A stretch of 64,000 nucleotides of DNA from Methanobacteriota archaeon (GCA_030594205.1 JAUVFR010000001.1:156252-220251); one strand, 5' to 3'. Shown: positions 38,911 through 48,955, counted from the first letter of the stretch. Notes: generated by a model from the sequence alone, not told the origin. Numbers and translations: made by a program.

Positions 38911-39150
38911 ATGAAACGATTTGTGACCGAGCTGACAGGCAAAACCGTCATGACCAACGACGGCCGGATTCTCGGCGTCATCGACAACTTCGTCGTGGAC
39001 ACCAGGAACGGCCATGTCCAGGATGTGCTCGTGGCCGCCGCCGACGACGTGGATGTGCGAGCCTTTCGTGCCGATGCCCGGGGCCGCCTCTTGCTTCCGT
39101 TCCAGGGGATGCGGGCCATTCGCGATGTTGTCGTGATGGACCTGAGTTGA
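38911..39150 (+). CDS. PRC-barrel domain protein
   Basis: 79 aa. LTGKTVMTNDGRILGVIDNFVVDTRNGHVQDVLV is the PRC-barrel signature. Confidence 0.7.
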   Translation: MKRFVTELTGKTVMTNDGRILGVIDNFVVDTRNGHVQDVLVAAADDVDVRAFRADARGRLLLPFQGMRAIRDVVVMDLS

Positions 39151-39197
39151 AACAGAGAGCCAACAGGGTGATATAGCCCACTCTCGTACCTTACGAG

Positions 39198-39698
39198 ATG
39201 GTCACGTTTGAGGAGATTCTTGCCCTGTCCTTCCTGGTCATCGGGCTCGTTCTCCTCGTGGCGGAGGCCGCTTCGCCCGGCTTCTTCGTGGGCGTCGTCG
39301 CCACCATCCTCATTGCACTCGCGCTCTTAGGGCTCTTCATCCCGGGGTTCTTCACCTCTCCTCTCGCCCCCATTACCGTGATCGCGGTTGGGGCCCCGGT
39401 CACCTACGTCACGATCCTCCTCTACCAGCGTCTGGCGCCCCCCTCCCCGCCCATTACGACGGTGGGCGAATCTCTCATCGGGAGGCGTGGCCGGGTCGTG
39501 CGGCGAGTGATTCCCGACTCCATCGCCGGCAAGGTTAACATCGACAACACCGTGTGGAGTGCGACTGCGGAGGAGCCCATCGCGAAAGGCATGCGGGTCC
39601 AGGTGGTGGACAGCCGCGGCGTGCATGTCGTCGTGACGCCTTGGGAGGCGAAGGCCGCGGAGAAGACCACCGAGAAAGAGGAGAAACAGGAGGAATAG
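39198..39698 (+). CDS. NfeD-family membrane protein (short form: N-terminal TM helices plus C-terminal OB-fold)
   Basis: 166 aa, hydrophobic N-half, C-terminal GRRGRVVRRVIPDSIAGKVNIDNTVWSATAEEPIAKGMRVQVVDSRGVHVVV, and a K/E-rich tail. Confidence 0.75.
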   Translation: MVTFEEILALSFLVIGLVLLVAEAASPGFFVGVVATILIALALLGLFIPGFFTSPLAPITVIAVGAPVTYVTILLYQRLAPPSPPITTVGESLIGRRGRVVRRVIPDSIAGKVNIDNTVWSATAEEPIAKGMRVQVVDSRGVHVVVTPWEAKAAEKTTEKEEKQEE

Positions 39699-39700
39699 GA

Positions 39701-40873
39701 TTGGTACCGGGGGAGAGTGGGAACGTGTTCGGAGGTTTCTTTGGCGGCCTCCTGCAGGTGGACGTTGGCGCCCAGTTTCCGGGTGAGGTGATCCTCGCCC
39801 TGACGTTGCTCGTCCTGTTCGTGGTCATCGCCCTCTTCGTCAGTGCCGTGCGTATCGTCCAGCCCTACGAGCAGGGTCTCTCCATCCGTTTGGGGAAGTT
39901 CACGAGGGTCCTGAATCCGGGGTTCAACCTCGTGGCCCCGATGATCACCCAGGTCATCAAGCTGGACCTCCGAACCCAGGTCCTGGACGTACCCCGGCAG
40001 GAGGTCATCACCAAGGACAACGCGCCCACGAACGTGGACGCGATCATCTACATCAAGATCATCGACCCGAAGAAGGCCTACTTCGAGGTGACGGACTACC
40101 GGCTTGCCACCGTGGCCCTCGCGCAGACGACCCTTCGATCCATCATGGGCGACATGCAGCTGGACGAGATTCTGTACAACCGGGAACAGATCAACTTCCG
40201 GCTCCGGGACGTGCTGGACACCGCCACCGACGCCTGGGGAGTCAAAGTCGAGGCCGTGGAGATCCGGGAGGTGGACCCCCTCCGGACGGTCAAGGCGGCC
40301 ATGGAGGAGCAAACGGCGGCGGAGCGGCAGCGCCGAGCGGCCATCCTGCGGGCGGATGGCGAGAAGAAGTCCGCCATCCTGGTGGCCGAGGGGGATAAGC
40401 AGGCCCGCATCCTGGAGGCGGAGGGCGTCCGTCAGGCGAAGGTCCTCGAGGCCGAGGGGCAGCGCCTCGCCACCATCCTGGAAACCCAGGGCGAGTCCCA
40501 GAAGCTGCGCATCCTGTCCCTGGGCGCCTCCACCCTGGACACAAAGGCCATCGCCGTCCTCTCCATGGAAACCCTCAAGACCATGGCCGAGGGGGAGGCC
40601 ACGAAGATCATCTTCCCCTTCGAGATCAGCCGGATCGTCGAGGGGATCGCCGACTACCTGGGCGTCATGAAGAAGGTGCCCGAGCGGGAGATCGCCAGCT
40701 TCGAGGAGCTGGAGGGCCTCCTGGGGAAGGCGGACGACGTCCTGGGCCCCCTCCCCAAGGCCGAGGAGCTGGCCCGGGACATGGAGGCCGCCAAGATAGA
40801 GGCAGAGGAGGCGGCGGAGGAGGCCTCCCGGACCCGCGCCGAGATCGGGTCCGAGGACGACCTGGAGGACTAA
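39701..40873 (+). CDS. SPFH/band-7 (stomatin/prohibitin-family) protein, operon partner of NfeD
   Basis: N-terminal TM, SPFH core IVQPYEQGLSIRLGKF...VITKDNAPTNVDAIIYIKIIDP, and a coiled-coil A/E-rich C-terminus. Start set at TTG 39701 (GTG 39725 also possible), 3 nt after the NfeD stop. Confidence 0.85.
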   Translation: MVPGESGNVFGGFFGGLLQVDVGAQFPGEVILALTLLVLFVVIALFVSAVRIVQPYEQGLSIRLGKFTRVLNPGFNLVAPMITQVIKLDLRTQVLDVPRQEVITKDNAPTNVDAIIYIKIIDPKKAYFEVTDYRLATVALAQTTLRSIMGDMQLDEILYNREQINFRLRDVLDTATDAWGVKVEAVEIREVDPLRTVKAAMEEQTAAERQRRAAILRADGEKKSAILVAEGDKQARILEAEGVRQAKVLEAEGQRLATILETQGESQKLRILSLGASTLDTKAIAVLSMETLKTMAEGEATKIIFPFEISRIVEGIADYLGVMKKVPEREIASFEELEGLLGKADDVLGPLPKAEELARDMEAAKIEAEEAAEEASRTRAEIGSEDDLED

Positions 40874-41331
40874 AGGAGGACCCGCTTCTCCTCCTTCACC
40901 GTGTTCAGGACCACCTGGGTGTAGGTCCGCTCCACGTAGGGGAGCGCCAAGACCCTCTTGATGAAGGCGTCCAGCTCGCGGGTGTCCCGGAAACGGGCCA
41001 TGACGATGGAGTCCCAGTCCCCCGTCACGTCGTACACCCCGTAGACCCGGGGGTCCTCCGCGACCTTCTGCTGCACCTCCAAGAGCTTCCCCTTGGAGAT
41101 CTGAAGGCCGATGACGACCGGCAGGTCGAATCCCGTTTTGCTCTGGTCGATGATGGGGGCGTACCCCGTGATGATGCCCTTCTTCTCCAGGCGGTGAATC
41201 CGAGTGGACACCGTGCTCGTCGAGATCTTCAGCTGCCGCGCCAGGTCGCGATAGCTCTGTCGGGCATCGCGGTTGAGCAGGCGCAGGATTTCCAGATCCA
41301 GGTCGTCCCACGCCACGCGCGGGTCATCCAT
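40870..41331 (-). CDS. Lrp/AsnC-family transcriptional regulator
   Basis: 153 aa. LDLEILRLLNRDARQSYRDLARQLKISTSTVSTRIHRLEKKGII plus a RAM domain. Confidence 0.85.
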   Translation of the reverse strand: MDDPRVAWDDLDLEILRLLNRDARQSYRDLARQLKISTSTVSTRIHRLEKKGIITGYAPIIDQSKTGFDLPVVIGLQISKGKLLEVQQKVAEDPRVYGVYDVTGDWDSIVMARFRDTRELDAFIKRVLALPYVERTYTQVVLNTVKEEKRVLL

Positions 41332-41377
41332 GGCGCGTCCAACCGGACCGCGGGTTTAACCCCTTTGCCGGCCCGGT

Positions 41378-42250
41378 TCAGTAGTACTGACCAAACTCGC
41401 GAGCCAGCCTTCGCAGCCGCTTGACGCGCTTCTCCACGGGCGGGTGGGTGGAGAAGATGCGCACCAAGGTCGAGCGGCGCCGGAAGGGGTTCACGATGAA
41501 GAGGGAGGCGCTGGCGGGGTTTCCCCGCTGCATCGGACGGCGCTGGTTGGCCACGTCAAGCCTTTCCAGGGCCCGTGCGAGGTGCAACGGCTTGCGGAGG
41601 GTCCGCCCCCCCACCTCGTCGGCCCGGAACTCTCGGGTCCGCGAGACGGCGAGCTGGACAAGAATCGCGGCGAGGGGCGCCGTCACGGCGATGACAATGA
41701 GAAGCAGGAGGGCCCCCTGGTTCCGCTGGCGAAAGAGGGCGCCCCAGAGCGCGAACCGGGCCATGAAGGCGATCGCCCCCGCGAGGGTCGCTGCGACCGA
41801 CATCACGAGGATGTCGCGATCCTTGATGTGGGCCATCTCGTGGGCAAGGACTCCCTCAAGCTCCTCCTCCGGCAGGAGTCTGAGCATCCCCTCGGTCACG
41901 GCTACCACGGCGTTCTTGGGGTTGCGACCGGTCGCGAAGGCGTTGGGGGTCGGGGAGGAGATCAGGGCCACCTTGGGCATGGGAACGTCCGCCATCTGCG
42001 CGACGCGCCGGACGGACCGGTACAGCTTCGGGGCCTCTTTCTCCGACACCTCCTTGGCCCGATAGGACCTGAGGACGATGCGGGCGCTCCCGAAGTAGGC
42101 GATGAGGTTCATGACCCCCGCGAGGCCCAGGAAGATGGCCGCGCCGAGATACCACTCGTTGGCGAAGAAGCCGCCCAAGAGCCAGCCGATGGCGCCGAAG
42201 AGGGCGAGGAGGAAGAGGATCAGGCCTGCGGTACGCAATCTCCCGGCCAT
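41378..42250 (-). CDS. htpX: HtpX-family M48 zinc metalloprotease
   Basis: 290 aa. HEMAHIKDRD (HExxH), N-terminal TM helices, downstream Glu in REFRADE. Confidence 0.85.
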   Translation of the reverse strand: MAGRLRTAGLILFLLALFGAIGWLLGGFFANEWYLGAAIFLGLAGVMNLIAYFGSARIVLRSYRAKEVSEKEAPKLYRSVRRVAQMADVPMPKVALISSPTPNAFATGRNPKNAVVAVTEGMLRLLPEEELEGVLAHEMAHIKDRDILVMSVAATLAGAIAFMARFALWGALFRQRNQGALLLLIVIAVTAPLAAILVQLAVSRTREFRADEVGGRTLRKPLHLARALERLDVANQRRPMQRGNPASASLFIVNPFRRRSTLVRIFSTHPPVEKRVKRLRRLAREFGQYY

Positions 42251-42313
42251 CAGGAATTCTACGGGAGGGGCGGGATAAGAAGGTGAGGGCAGGTCGAAAT
42301 CTTGGAGGTTGCC

Positions 42314-44191
42314 TCACTCCGGCGCGAAGAGGTCCTCTCGGAGACCATGCACTTCCGTGACCTCGAAGGCGCCCGTCGGTAGGATGCGTTCCAACTCGTC
42401 GGCCGGGACCTCGAAGGCGTGGGAAAGGGTTCGCGCCAGGTCCTGGCGTCGTAGAGGCCCCCCGGGCTTCACGAGAAGGTACCGACTCGAGAGGGCGCGC
42501 AGGGCATCGGGATCGCCGCCGATCACTCTCCGGTTCCCCTCGACCTCCACCTCGCCGAGAGCGAGGACCAGGGCCAGCTTGTGGGCGTAGTTCCGCTTCC
42601 CCCGAATCACGAAGGATCCTTTCTTGAGGTACTCCCCGCTCTCGGCGGTCTTGCTCACTTGGTCGGGGGTCACCCAGAAGGCGCTGCCGGACCCCAGGCC
42701 GTGCCTCCACGCCTTGGAGTACACCAGGGCGAAGCGGCTGGCCTCCCGCAGTGTCTGTTCGTCCGCCTCGGCCCCCCCCTTCACAACCACGCTCGGGGCC
42801 CCCGTCAGATCGGCGTGGACGTACCGGTCTCCCGGGTTCAGGTGCTTGCGCACCAGCTTCTCGTTGGATCGCGCATCCCTGCCTCCGAGGATGAGGATCC
42901 TTCGACTGGAAAGGGTCCATCGATAGGCATCGAACCAGAATCGCTTCGAGGGAGCGTAGATCGGCTTCCTCCTCTCCCGCCGCTGTGCCGATTTCCGGAC
43001 GCGCCGGAGCTCGCGGCGGCTCTCCTCGAGAGCGTTCTCAATGCGGATCGCCTTCTCCGTGAGGACCTTCTTCTGCTCGTAGAAGCGCTGCGCGTTTTCG
43101 TCGACGCTCTCCTCGTAGTGGAGTTCCAGGGACGTCTGTCCCGCACGCACCGTGAAGGTCTTGCGTTCCGGATCCACACCCTCCCGGACGCGGCCTTCTC
43201 GAGCCAGCCGGATCTGACGATCCACATCCTGGTAATGGGCATACAGGTAGCCCGCCCCTTGGTCGGCAACCTCCGCGCCCTCGAGGGCCTCCGCCAGTGT
43301 CTTTTCCTGGCGTCGAATCCGGCGTTCCATGCGAGTGACCCCTGGGTCCGGCTTCTCCTTCTCCCTTGGCTTCAGGGAGGTGACGTAGAACTGGAGGGCC
43401 TCGCTCATGGTGGCGTAGGGGCGCGCCTCGTATCCCTCATAGACCTTCAACGGAAACGGAACGACGTCGATAGGCCCTTCGTTCAGGACCACCGCGGGGG
43501 TAGGGGATGCGAGCTGGCCCAAGAGGGCCTGGAGGCTTGTGTACAGGCCCTCGATCTCAGCTTCGGTGAGTTCCCCCGCAGGCTGCTGCTTCGAGAGCTC
43601 GGTCCGGGCGCAGAGTTCCTCGGCGTACAGTCTCCCCAGGCTTAGGGCCGTGGCGAGGATCTTCACGAGGGGGTCCGTCTGCCCCGCGAGCGATTTCGTG
43701 AGCGCATCCCTATCCATCTCGAGGAGATTGACCCCCTCGGGGGGAAACATGTAGGGGATGCCTCTCCGCACTTCGCGGGATTTCCACTTTCCTCCTGCGA
43801 GGGCCACTTCGATCTCTCCCTCCTTCAACAGGAGAAGGTTCCCACGACCGAACATCTCGAAGACCAACGTTCCCGGGGTCTTCCTCTCCCACTCGAGGAG
43901 GAGAATGCGGTCGAAACCCCTCTGGGACACCTCCCGGATCACCGCGTTGCTCAACGCTTTGCGCAGTGCCTGGGCGAAGGGGGGTGGCTGCGCGGGTCTC
44001 TTGAATCCCTGGCCGAGAAACAGCCAACGGCCGGGATGCACGAAGAGTTCTGTCTTTCCTCGACGTGGGACATGGAAGCGGAAGATGAACGAGGGCCCGT
44101 CTTGGTAGACCTTGCCCAGGTAGGCGCCGCGGAGGGCCTGCAACTCCTCGGCAAGCAGGCGGATGTCGAAGCTGGTCAAGGCCTCCTTCAC
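42314..44191 (-). CDS. NFACT-family protein (FbpA/Rqc2/NEMF homolog; DUF814-containing)
   Basis: 625 aa. N-terminal NFACT-N region (MKEALTSFDIRLLAEELQALRGAYLGKVYQ) and NFACT-R-like C-terminal region. Confidence 0.75.
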   Translation of the reverse strand: MKEALTSFDIRLLAEELQALRGAYLGKVYQDGPSFIFRFHVPRRGKTELFVHPGRWLFLGQGFKRPAQPPPFAQALRKALSNAVIREVSQRGFDRILLLEWERKTPGTLVFEMFGRGNLLLLKEGEIEVALAGGKWKSREVRRGIPYMFPPEGVNLLEMDRDALTKSLAGQTDPLVKILATALSLGRLYAEELCARTELSKQQPAGELTEAEIEGLYTSLQALLGQLASPTPAVVLNEGPIDVVPFPLKVYEGYEARPYATMSEALQFYVTSLKPREKEKPDPGVTRMERRIRRQEKTLAEALEGAEVADQGAGYLYAHYQDVDRQIRLAREGRVREGVDPERKTFTVRAGQTSLELHYEESVDENAQRFYEQKKVLTEKAIRIENALEESRRELRRVRKSAQRRERRKPIYAPSKRFWFDAYRWTLSSRRILILGGRDARSNEKLVRKHLNPGDRYVHADLTGAPSVVVKGGAEADEQTLREASRFALVYSKAWRHGLGSGSAFWVTPDQVSKTAESGEYLKKGSFVIRGKRNYAHKLALVLALGEVEVEGNRRVIGGDPDALRALSSRYLLVKPGGPLRRQDLARTLSHAFEVPADELERILPTGAFEVTEVHGLREDLFAPE

Positions 44192-44278
44192 GAATCGGAA
44201 AAGCCTGGGGCGTTACTTAAGCGTGGCTCGCAGTCCCCACGCTAAAGCTATATCGGCAGGTTTCTTGGGCACCTGTAC

Positions 44279-44352
44279 GCCGTTGTGGCTCAGCCTGGTA
44301 GAGCGACGCCTTGGTAAGGCGTAGGTCCCGGGTTCAAATCCCGGCAACGGCT
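44279..44352 (+). tRNA. tRNA-Thr (anticodon GGU)
   Basis: GCCGTTGTGGCTCAGCCTGGTAGAGCGACGCCTTGGTAAGGCGTAGGTCCCGGGTTCAAATCCCGGCAACGGCT. The acceptor GCCGTTG/CAACGGC pairs, the anticodon loop is TTGGTAA, and a TATA-like aaagctatat lies about 30 nt upstream. Confidence 0.85.
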
Positions 44353-44381
44353 CTATAACTAAGGGTCGCGGCTCCGTCAAA

Positions 44382-46142
44382 TTATGGATCAGACATGGGC
44401 TCGGCGGGCCCGTCCCTCCTGACGAGAGGAAGCTCCACTCGGCTCGGATGCTCCACATCGTGGTGGAGGATCACGTGGGCGGTCCGCGCGTCCCTTGCCG
44501 ATTCCTCGGCAACGACGCCCCCGCTGTTGTAGTTCTTCTGGACAAAGATGGAATTGGGCGAGCGGAGGAGGAGGCGTAGGCGACTGCCCCGGGCCACCTG
44601 TCGGGAGAAGAAGGTGAACCCGTCGAACACGTACTCGTGGGCCTCTCCAGGCGTGGCCAGCCTCTCCTGCGTGAGGGACTCGCGATAACGGGCCCGGAGG
44701 AGGTCCCGACTCAGGAAGACATGGGAGCCATCAGGGAGGAGTTCGGAGACGGTCACCACGAAATCGGTATCCGGCACGTCGAGGGTGATCCACGCCACAA
44801 GACGCAGGAAGCCCGTGACCTCTGTGTCCTCGGGGAACGGGGAACTATGATACACGAGACCGTTTCCGTACAGGCGGAGGGCGTAGCGCTGGTCTGTGAG
44901 GTAGTTCTTGACGAGTTTCTTCTCTAGCTCCGCGGGCCGGAGATCCAGGGGGTCGTACACGTACGCATCAGGCTCGGAGTCCTTCGGCGGGGCATCCTGC
45001 AGGGTGCCAGAGTGAAAGATGTCGTTCGCGCGACCGTCCCGGGAGTTCAGATAGAGCCTCTCCCGGCCGTCGGCGTTGGCCTCCAGGGCATCTGCGTACT
45101 TCCACTCTTCCGCACCCATCACGAAGTAGGCCACGCGCTTCTTCAGGAACTCGGGCTTGGAGCCGCCCTTCAGGGTCCAGTCGTACCACTCTCGGTGCAG
45201 CTCGTTCAGGTCGATCACGCTGACCTCGTCGAACTTCAGGCCCCCAACCTCCCTGTTCGGCGTCCGCGTGCCGGCGTGGTCCCAGGGGCCGATGACCAGG
45301 TGGTGTTTCGCCGTCGCCTCGGGCGTCCCGTGTTGCATGTGCATGCGGTAGTAGTGCAAGGCCCCGGGCTGGTCGCCGTCGTAGTGGCCGGTGATGGTCA
45401 GAATCGGGATGGCGATGCGCCGATACTCGTCCGGCGTCAACGCCATGGGCTCCCAGTACGGGTCCGGCGTCGGATGTTGGATCCATGTCTGAAAGAGGGT
45501 GGAGAGGTTGCCGACGACTTGGTCTAGGTCCTTGAACGGCCGGTGATGCAGGTACAGTTCGCGGAACTTCTCGATCCAGAAGGCATCCTCGCCGAAGAGG
45601 GCGGAGTTTGCCGTCAACCCGCTGGTTAGGGTGAGCCACCGCATCTCGTAGGGAAACAGGATGTTCTTGAAGAACGGGAAGTCCACGGCCGCGTGGGCCG
45701 CGGCCGCCGGCACGATGGCCTTCAGGTGGGGAGGGAACTCCTTCAGCGTGGTCCACTGGTTGAAGCCGGAGTAGGAGCCGCCCCACATTGTGACCGAGCC
45801 GTCGCACCAGGGTTGCGTCGCCAGCCACTCCACCACGTCGTGGCCATCCCGGCCCTCGTTCACGAAGGGCTCGAACTCTCCCTCGGAGTTGCCCCGACCC
45901 CGGCAGTCCACGACGAGGAAGGCGTCGCCGTGCTGCGCAAAGTTGTACGCCCGCTCGTGGTAGGTGTCCGCTGTGTAGGGGGTGAGGGTAAAGATGGCCG
46001 GAGTGGGCGTCTCCTCCTTGGGGCGATAGAGGGTGGCGTTGAGGCGGACGCTATCCCGGAGCGGAATCTGAACGCCCCAGCTGAAGTCCACCTCCCCCTC
46101 GGGGCCTTGTTTCGAGGCCCCCTTTCCCGATTCTTGTCTCAT
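44382..46142 (-). CDS. CocE/NonD-family alpha/beta hydrolase (S15 X-Pro dipeptidyl-peptidase-like)
   Basis: 586 aa. The nucleophile elbow MWGGSYSGF and an N-terminal alpha/beta-hydrolase region plus C-terminal beta-sandwich-like region are typical of the family. Confidence 0.8.
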   Translation of the reverse strand: MRQESGKGASKQGPEGEVDFSWGVQIPLRDSVRLNATLYRPKEETPTPAIFTLTPYTADTYHERAYNFAQHGDAFLVVDCRGRGNSEGEFEPFVNEGRDGHDVVEWLATQPWCDGSVTMWGGSYSGFNQWTTLKEFPPHLKAIVPAAAAHAAVDFPFFKNILFPYEMRWLTLTSGLTANSALFGEDAFWIEKFRELYLHHRPFKDLDQVVGNLSTLFQTWIQHPTPDPYWEPMALTPDEYRRIAIPILTITGHYDGDQPGALHYYRMHMQHGTPEATAKHHLVIGPWDHAGTRTPNREVGGLKFDEVSVIDLNELHREWYDWTLKGGSKPEFLKKRVAYFVMGAEEWKYADALEANADGRERLYLNSRDGRANDIFHSGTLQDAPPKDSEPDAYVYDPLDLRPAELEKKLVKNYLTDQRYALRLYGNGLVYHSSPFPEDTEVTGFLRLVAWITLDVPDTDFVVTVSELLPDGSHVFLSRDLLRARYRESLTQERLATPGEAHEYVFDGFTFFSRQVARGSRLRLLLRSPNSIFVQKNYNSGGVVAEESARDARTAHVILHHDVEHPSRVELPLVRRDGPAEPMSDP

Positions 46143-46149
46143 AGGGGAG

Positions 46150-46196
46150 CCCGAGAGGTAGCGGGATACAAACCTTTTCTCTGACTCCCGGCAACG
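46150..46196 (+). repeat. Direct repeat copy 1 (47 nt), ending in a core shared with the 3' end of tRNA-Thr
   Basis: cccgagaggtAgcgggatacaaaccttttctctGactcccggcaacg matches copy 2 at 52684 in 45/47 positions. The terminal actcccggcaacg matches the tRNA-Thr 3' end atcccggcaacgg. It ends 8 nt upstream of the hydrolase start codon. Confidence 0.75.
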
Positions 46197-46282
46197 CTCC
46201 TGTTAAGGGGTTCAGAGATCACAAGGCCTGTAAGGCTTGAGAAACGTTATCTAAGCTCAATCGGGTTAACCTCTGGGAACAC

Positions 46283-46705
46283 GTGACAGTCAGGGACCTC
46301 ACCGTCAAGGAACGCATCCTCCTCCACCTCTTCGACTTCAACCGTTTCGCCGAGGAATACGAGGCGCCTATCGAGGTTACGCAGAGCGGTATCGCGGAGG
46401 CCACAGGCATTCGGATTCAGCATGTGACGCAATACGTCAAACCGCTCCTTGAGGAAGGACGCGTGGAGGGCAGGATCTCACATATCAGCCAGAGGCCACG
46501 GCGCCGTAAGGTGTACTTTCTCACTGCCCAGGGGAAACATAATGCGGCTACTTTGCGGAACTCCCTCTTCAAGGAGAAGGTTCCACTCCGAACCCGGAGT
46601 GGGTTGATCCAGGAGTTTCCGCTCTCGAGAGTCTACCAGGCCGACCGTCGCGGGACACGTCTCCCCGAGCTACTGGATGAACTTCGCTCGACGGGATTCA
46701 TTTGA
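46283..46705 (+). CDS. Winged-helix (MarR/TrmB-like) DNA-binding protein
   Basis: 140 aa from GTG. LTVKERILLHL...EVTQSGIAEATGIRIQHVTQYVKPLLEEGRVEGRIS. The gene sits in a visibly lower-GC stretch. Confidence 0.55.
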   Translation: MTVRDLTVKERILLHLFDFNRFAEEYEAPIEVTQSGIAEATGIRIQHVTQYVKPLLEEGRVEGRISHISQRPRRRKVYFLTAQGKHNAATLRNSLFKEKVPLRTRSGLIQEFPLSRVYQADRRGTRLPELLDELRSTGFI

Positions 46706-46789
46706 ACTTCGAGGTCAGATTGGTGGGGCTCGAGAGGGAGGAACAGGGTCAACATCTCCGTGGGTGGCCACGCGCTGTGAGGAAGGCCC

Positions 46790-47539
46790 TCAGCCGCTCC
46801 CTTCAATGTGCGTCTGAATCTGAGGGCCCACGGACCTCCTAGCCCAGCTCAGGTCCTCCGGTGTGTCGACCTCTATCCAGGGACGTCCCTGGATGGACGA
46901 GGCCATCGCAGGACGGCCCGCGCGAGCCATCTGGGCGAAGGCCTCCTCGTAGTAGATGCGCGGTCCCTGCTGCCTGAGAGCCTCCCTCAGGCTGTCGTAG
47001 AAGCCGGCGGAATCCCTCACATGGGCAACCCCGATGTACTCCCCATCGGCCTCTGAGGGCTCCAGCTCCTTGCTTATGCGTACCACGCATCCATCCTCGA
47101 TGACGACCTTCATCTCCTCTCGGCCCAGCTCCTTCTCCGTGTCCACGGCCAGGACAGCGCTCTCGTCCCCGCTCCGAGTCACGTCCTCGGCGATCTCCGG
47201 GTGGAAGAGAGTGTCGCCGTTCACCAGCAGGAAGCTATGGCCCTCGACCCGCTCCCTGGCAAGGTACACGCTGTAGGCGTTCTCCGTCACCTTCGACCTG
47301 GGGTTCCTCACGTAGGCCACGTCGAAGCTCCACTCCTGGGCGGCGCCAATGTGATTCCGCAGGACCTCCTCCTTGTAGCCGACCACCAGGACCACCTCCT
47401 CCACATCCACCACCTTGCAGGCATGGCCGATATAGTCCAGGATGGTCCTGTCGCCGACCTCCAAGAGGGCCTTCGGCCTGTCCCGGCCCAGCTCCCCCAT
47501 GCGCCTCCCGCTCCCGGCCGTCAGGATCAGGGCCCTCAT
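46790..47539 (-). CDS. Sugar/polyol-phosphate nucleotidyltransferase (MobA-like NTP-transferase fold), a candidate CTP:inositol-1-phosphate cytidylyltransferase (IPCT-like)
   Basis: 249 aa. MRALILTAGSGRRMGELGRDRPKALLEVGDRTIL is an NTP-transferase glycine-rich loop. It is divergently paired (44-bp spacer) with a CDP-alcohol phosphatidyltransferase gene. Confidence 0.7.
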   Translation of the reverse strand: MRALILTAGSGRRMGELGRDRPKALLEVGDRTILDYIGHACKVVDVEEVVLVVGYKEEVLRNHIGAAQEWSFDVAYVRNPRSKVTENAYSVYLARERVEGHSFLLVNGDTLFHPEIAEDVTRSGDESAVLAVDTEKELGREEMKVVIEDGCVVRISKELEPSEADGEYIGVAHVRDSAGFYDSLREALRQQGPRIYYEEAFAQMARAGRPAMASSIQGRPWIEVDTPEDLSWARRSVGPQIQTHIEGSG

Positions 47540-47583
47540 TGCTCTCCCCCGGGGGCCCTATGCCGCAACCATAAAAAGTATTT

Positions 47584-48213
47584 TTGACTCTGGGTCGGAG
47601 GCACGGAGGGAGAGCCTTGGAATGGAAGTACCCCCTGACCACCTACGTATATCGTCGCCTCTCGAGGCCCCTGGCCGCCCGCCTGGCCAGGACCAGAATC
47701 ACGCCCAACCAGGTGACCTGGATCGGCGGCACCGTCGGCATGGCCGGGGCCGTCCTCGTGGCCCTGCAGCAGTTCTACCTGGCGGTCGCCCTGCTGTTCA
47801 TCTCCGGTATCCTTGACTGTACCGACGGCGACCTGGCCAGGGCCAAGGACCAGGTGACGCGCTACGGCGCCTACCTGGACCACATGATGGACCGGTGGGT
47901 AGACGGCGCCCTCGTCGTTGCCCTGGTCCTCACCAACTTCGAGAACCTCTGGCTGGTGGGGCTCCTGGCGATGATGGGCACCTACATGGCCACGGCCCCC
48001 AGGACCAAGGCGGAGGCTGAGGGTGTATCCTGCCTGGTGGGCCTGGCGACCAGGGACCTGCGCATGCTCATCTGGTGGGTGGGCCTCCTCCTGCTCCAGC
48101 CCTACTCGCTGCTCCTCCTCCTGGCCCTCTTGGGGCTCATCACCTCCATCCACAGGACCCACCACTCCCTGGGCCAGCTGCGGACCGCCGAGGCGGAAGG
48201 CGGGGCCGCCTAG
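47584..48213 (+). CDS. CDP-alcohol phosphatidyltransferase family protein, a candidate di-myo-inositol-phosphate-phosphate synthase (DIPPS-like)
   Basis: 209 aa. DCTDGDLARAKDQVTRYGAYLDHMMDRWVD fits D-G-x2-A-R-x8-G-x3-D-x3-D. 5-6 TM helices. Confidence 0.75.
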   Translation: MTLGRRHGGRALEWKYPLTTYVYRRLSRPLAARLARTRITPNQVTWIGGTVGMAGAVLVALQQFYLAVALLFISGILDCTDGDLARAKDQVTRYGAYLDHMMDRWVDGALVVALVLTNFENLWLVGLLAMMGTYMATAPRTKAEAEGVSCLVGLATRDLRMLIWWVGLLLLQPYSLLLLLALLGLITSIHRTHHSLGQLRTAEAEGGAA

Positions 48214-48955
48214 GCATCACCTGAGGAATGCCGCGATGCCATCGATGCCATGGCCAGCCAGCCAGGAATAATCGCAGCAGAAACGACGCTGTTGAACGCC
48301 AGAAGAGGTGTCCCTCGCGCAGCCGTCCGACGCCTTGCTATGTCTGGGGACGGCCTTCAACTACCTCCACGCGGCGGAGGATTGGCAGCGCGCCCTTCGA
48401 CGATTTCGGGATCACCTCCACGCCCTCGGTCCACCTCCCTCGATTGCGGGGGTTGGGATAGGGAAATCTACCCCTTGAGGCCAAACCGGTCCCGAGCGGA
48501 CTCCATAGGAGATCGCCATTGGATAGATGAAATCCCCAGCCGGACAACGCGCAGAGGGTATCGGACGCCCGGCGACGGCCGTAAGCCTCCTTCCATGCAT
48601 TTCCGCCTCCTTTGTGGTGCATGCGTCATGAACTTCGCTTACGGCCCATGCATTCTTATTCGATGACCGAACGTCCGTAGCTTTACTAACAACCTTACGA
48701 CACTTTTCACGCCTGGCGAAGTCCACAAAATGCCAGTTTTGAAGGTCTTTGGTATTCCAACCGCGCATTGGGGCGTCCGAAAGAGCATCAACCCCGCCAT
48801 TTCACTCACGGTGAACGCCCGAGAGCGCGGGCGTCCCCTTCGTCCCCCTGCGCGCGTGGGGGGTCCGGTGGATGCGGCGAGGCTCTTCAGGTGCCTCGCG
48901 TTTCGGCTCGAGGACACTAATCCGGTTCCCGCAGCCACTTGCTTACGTCGAGGAA

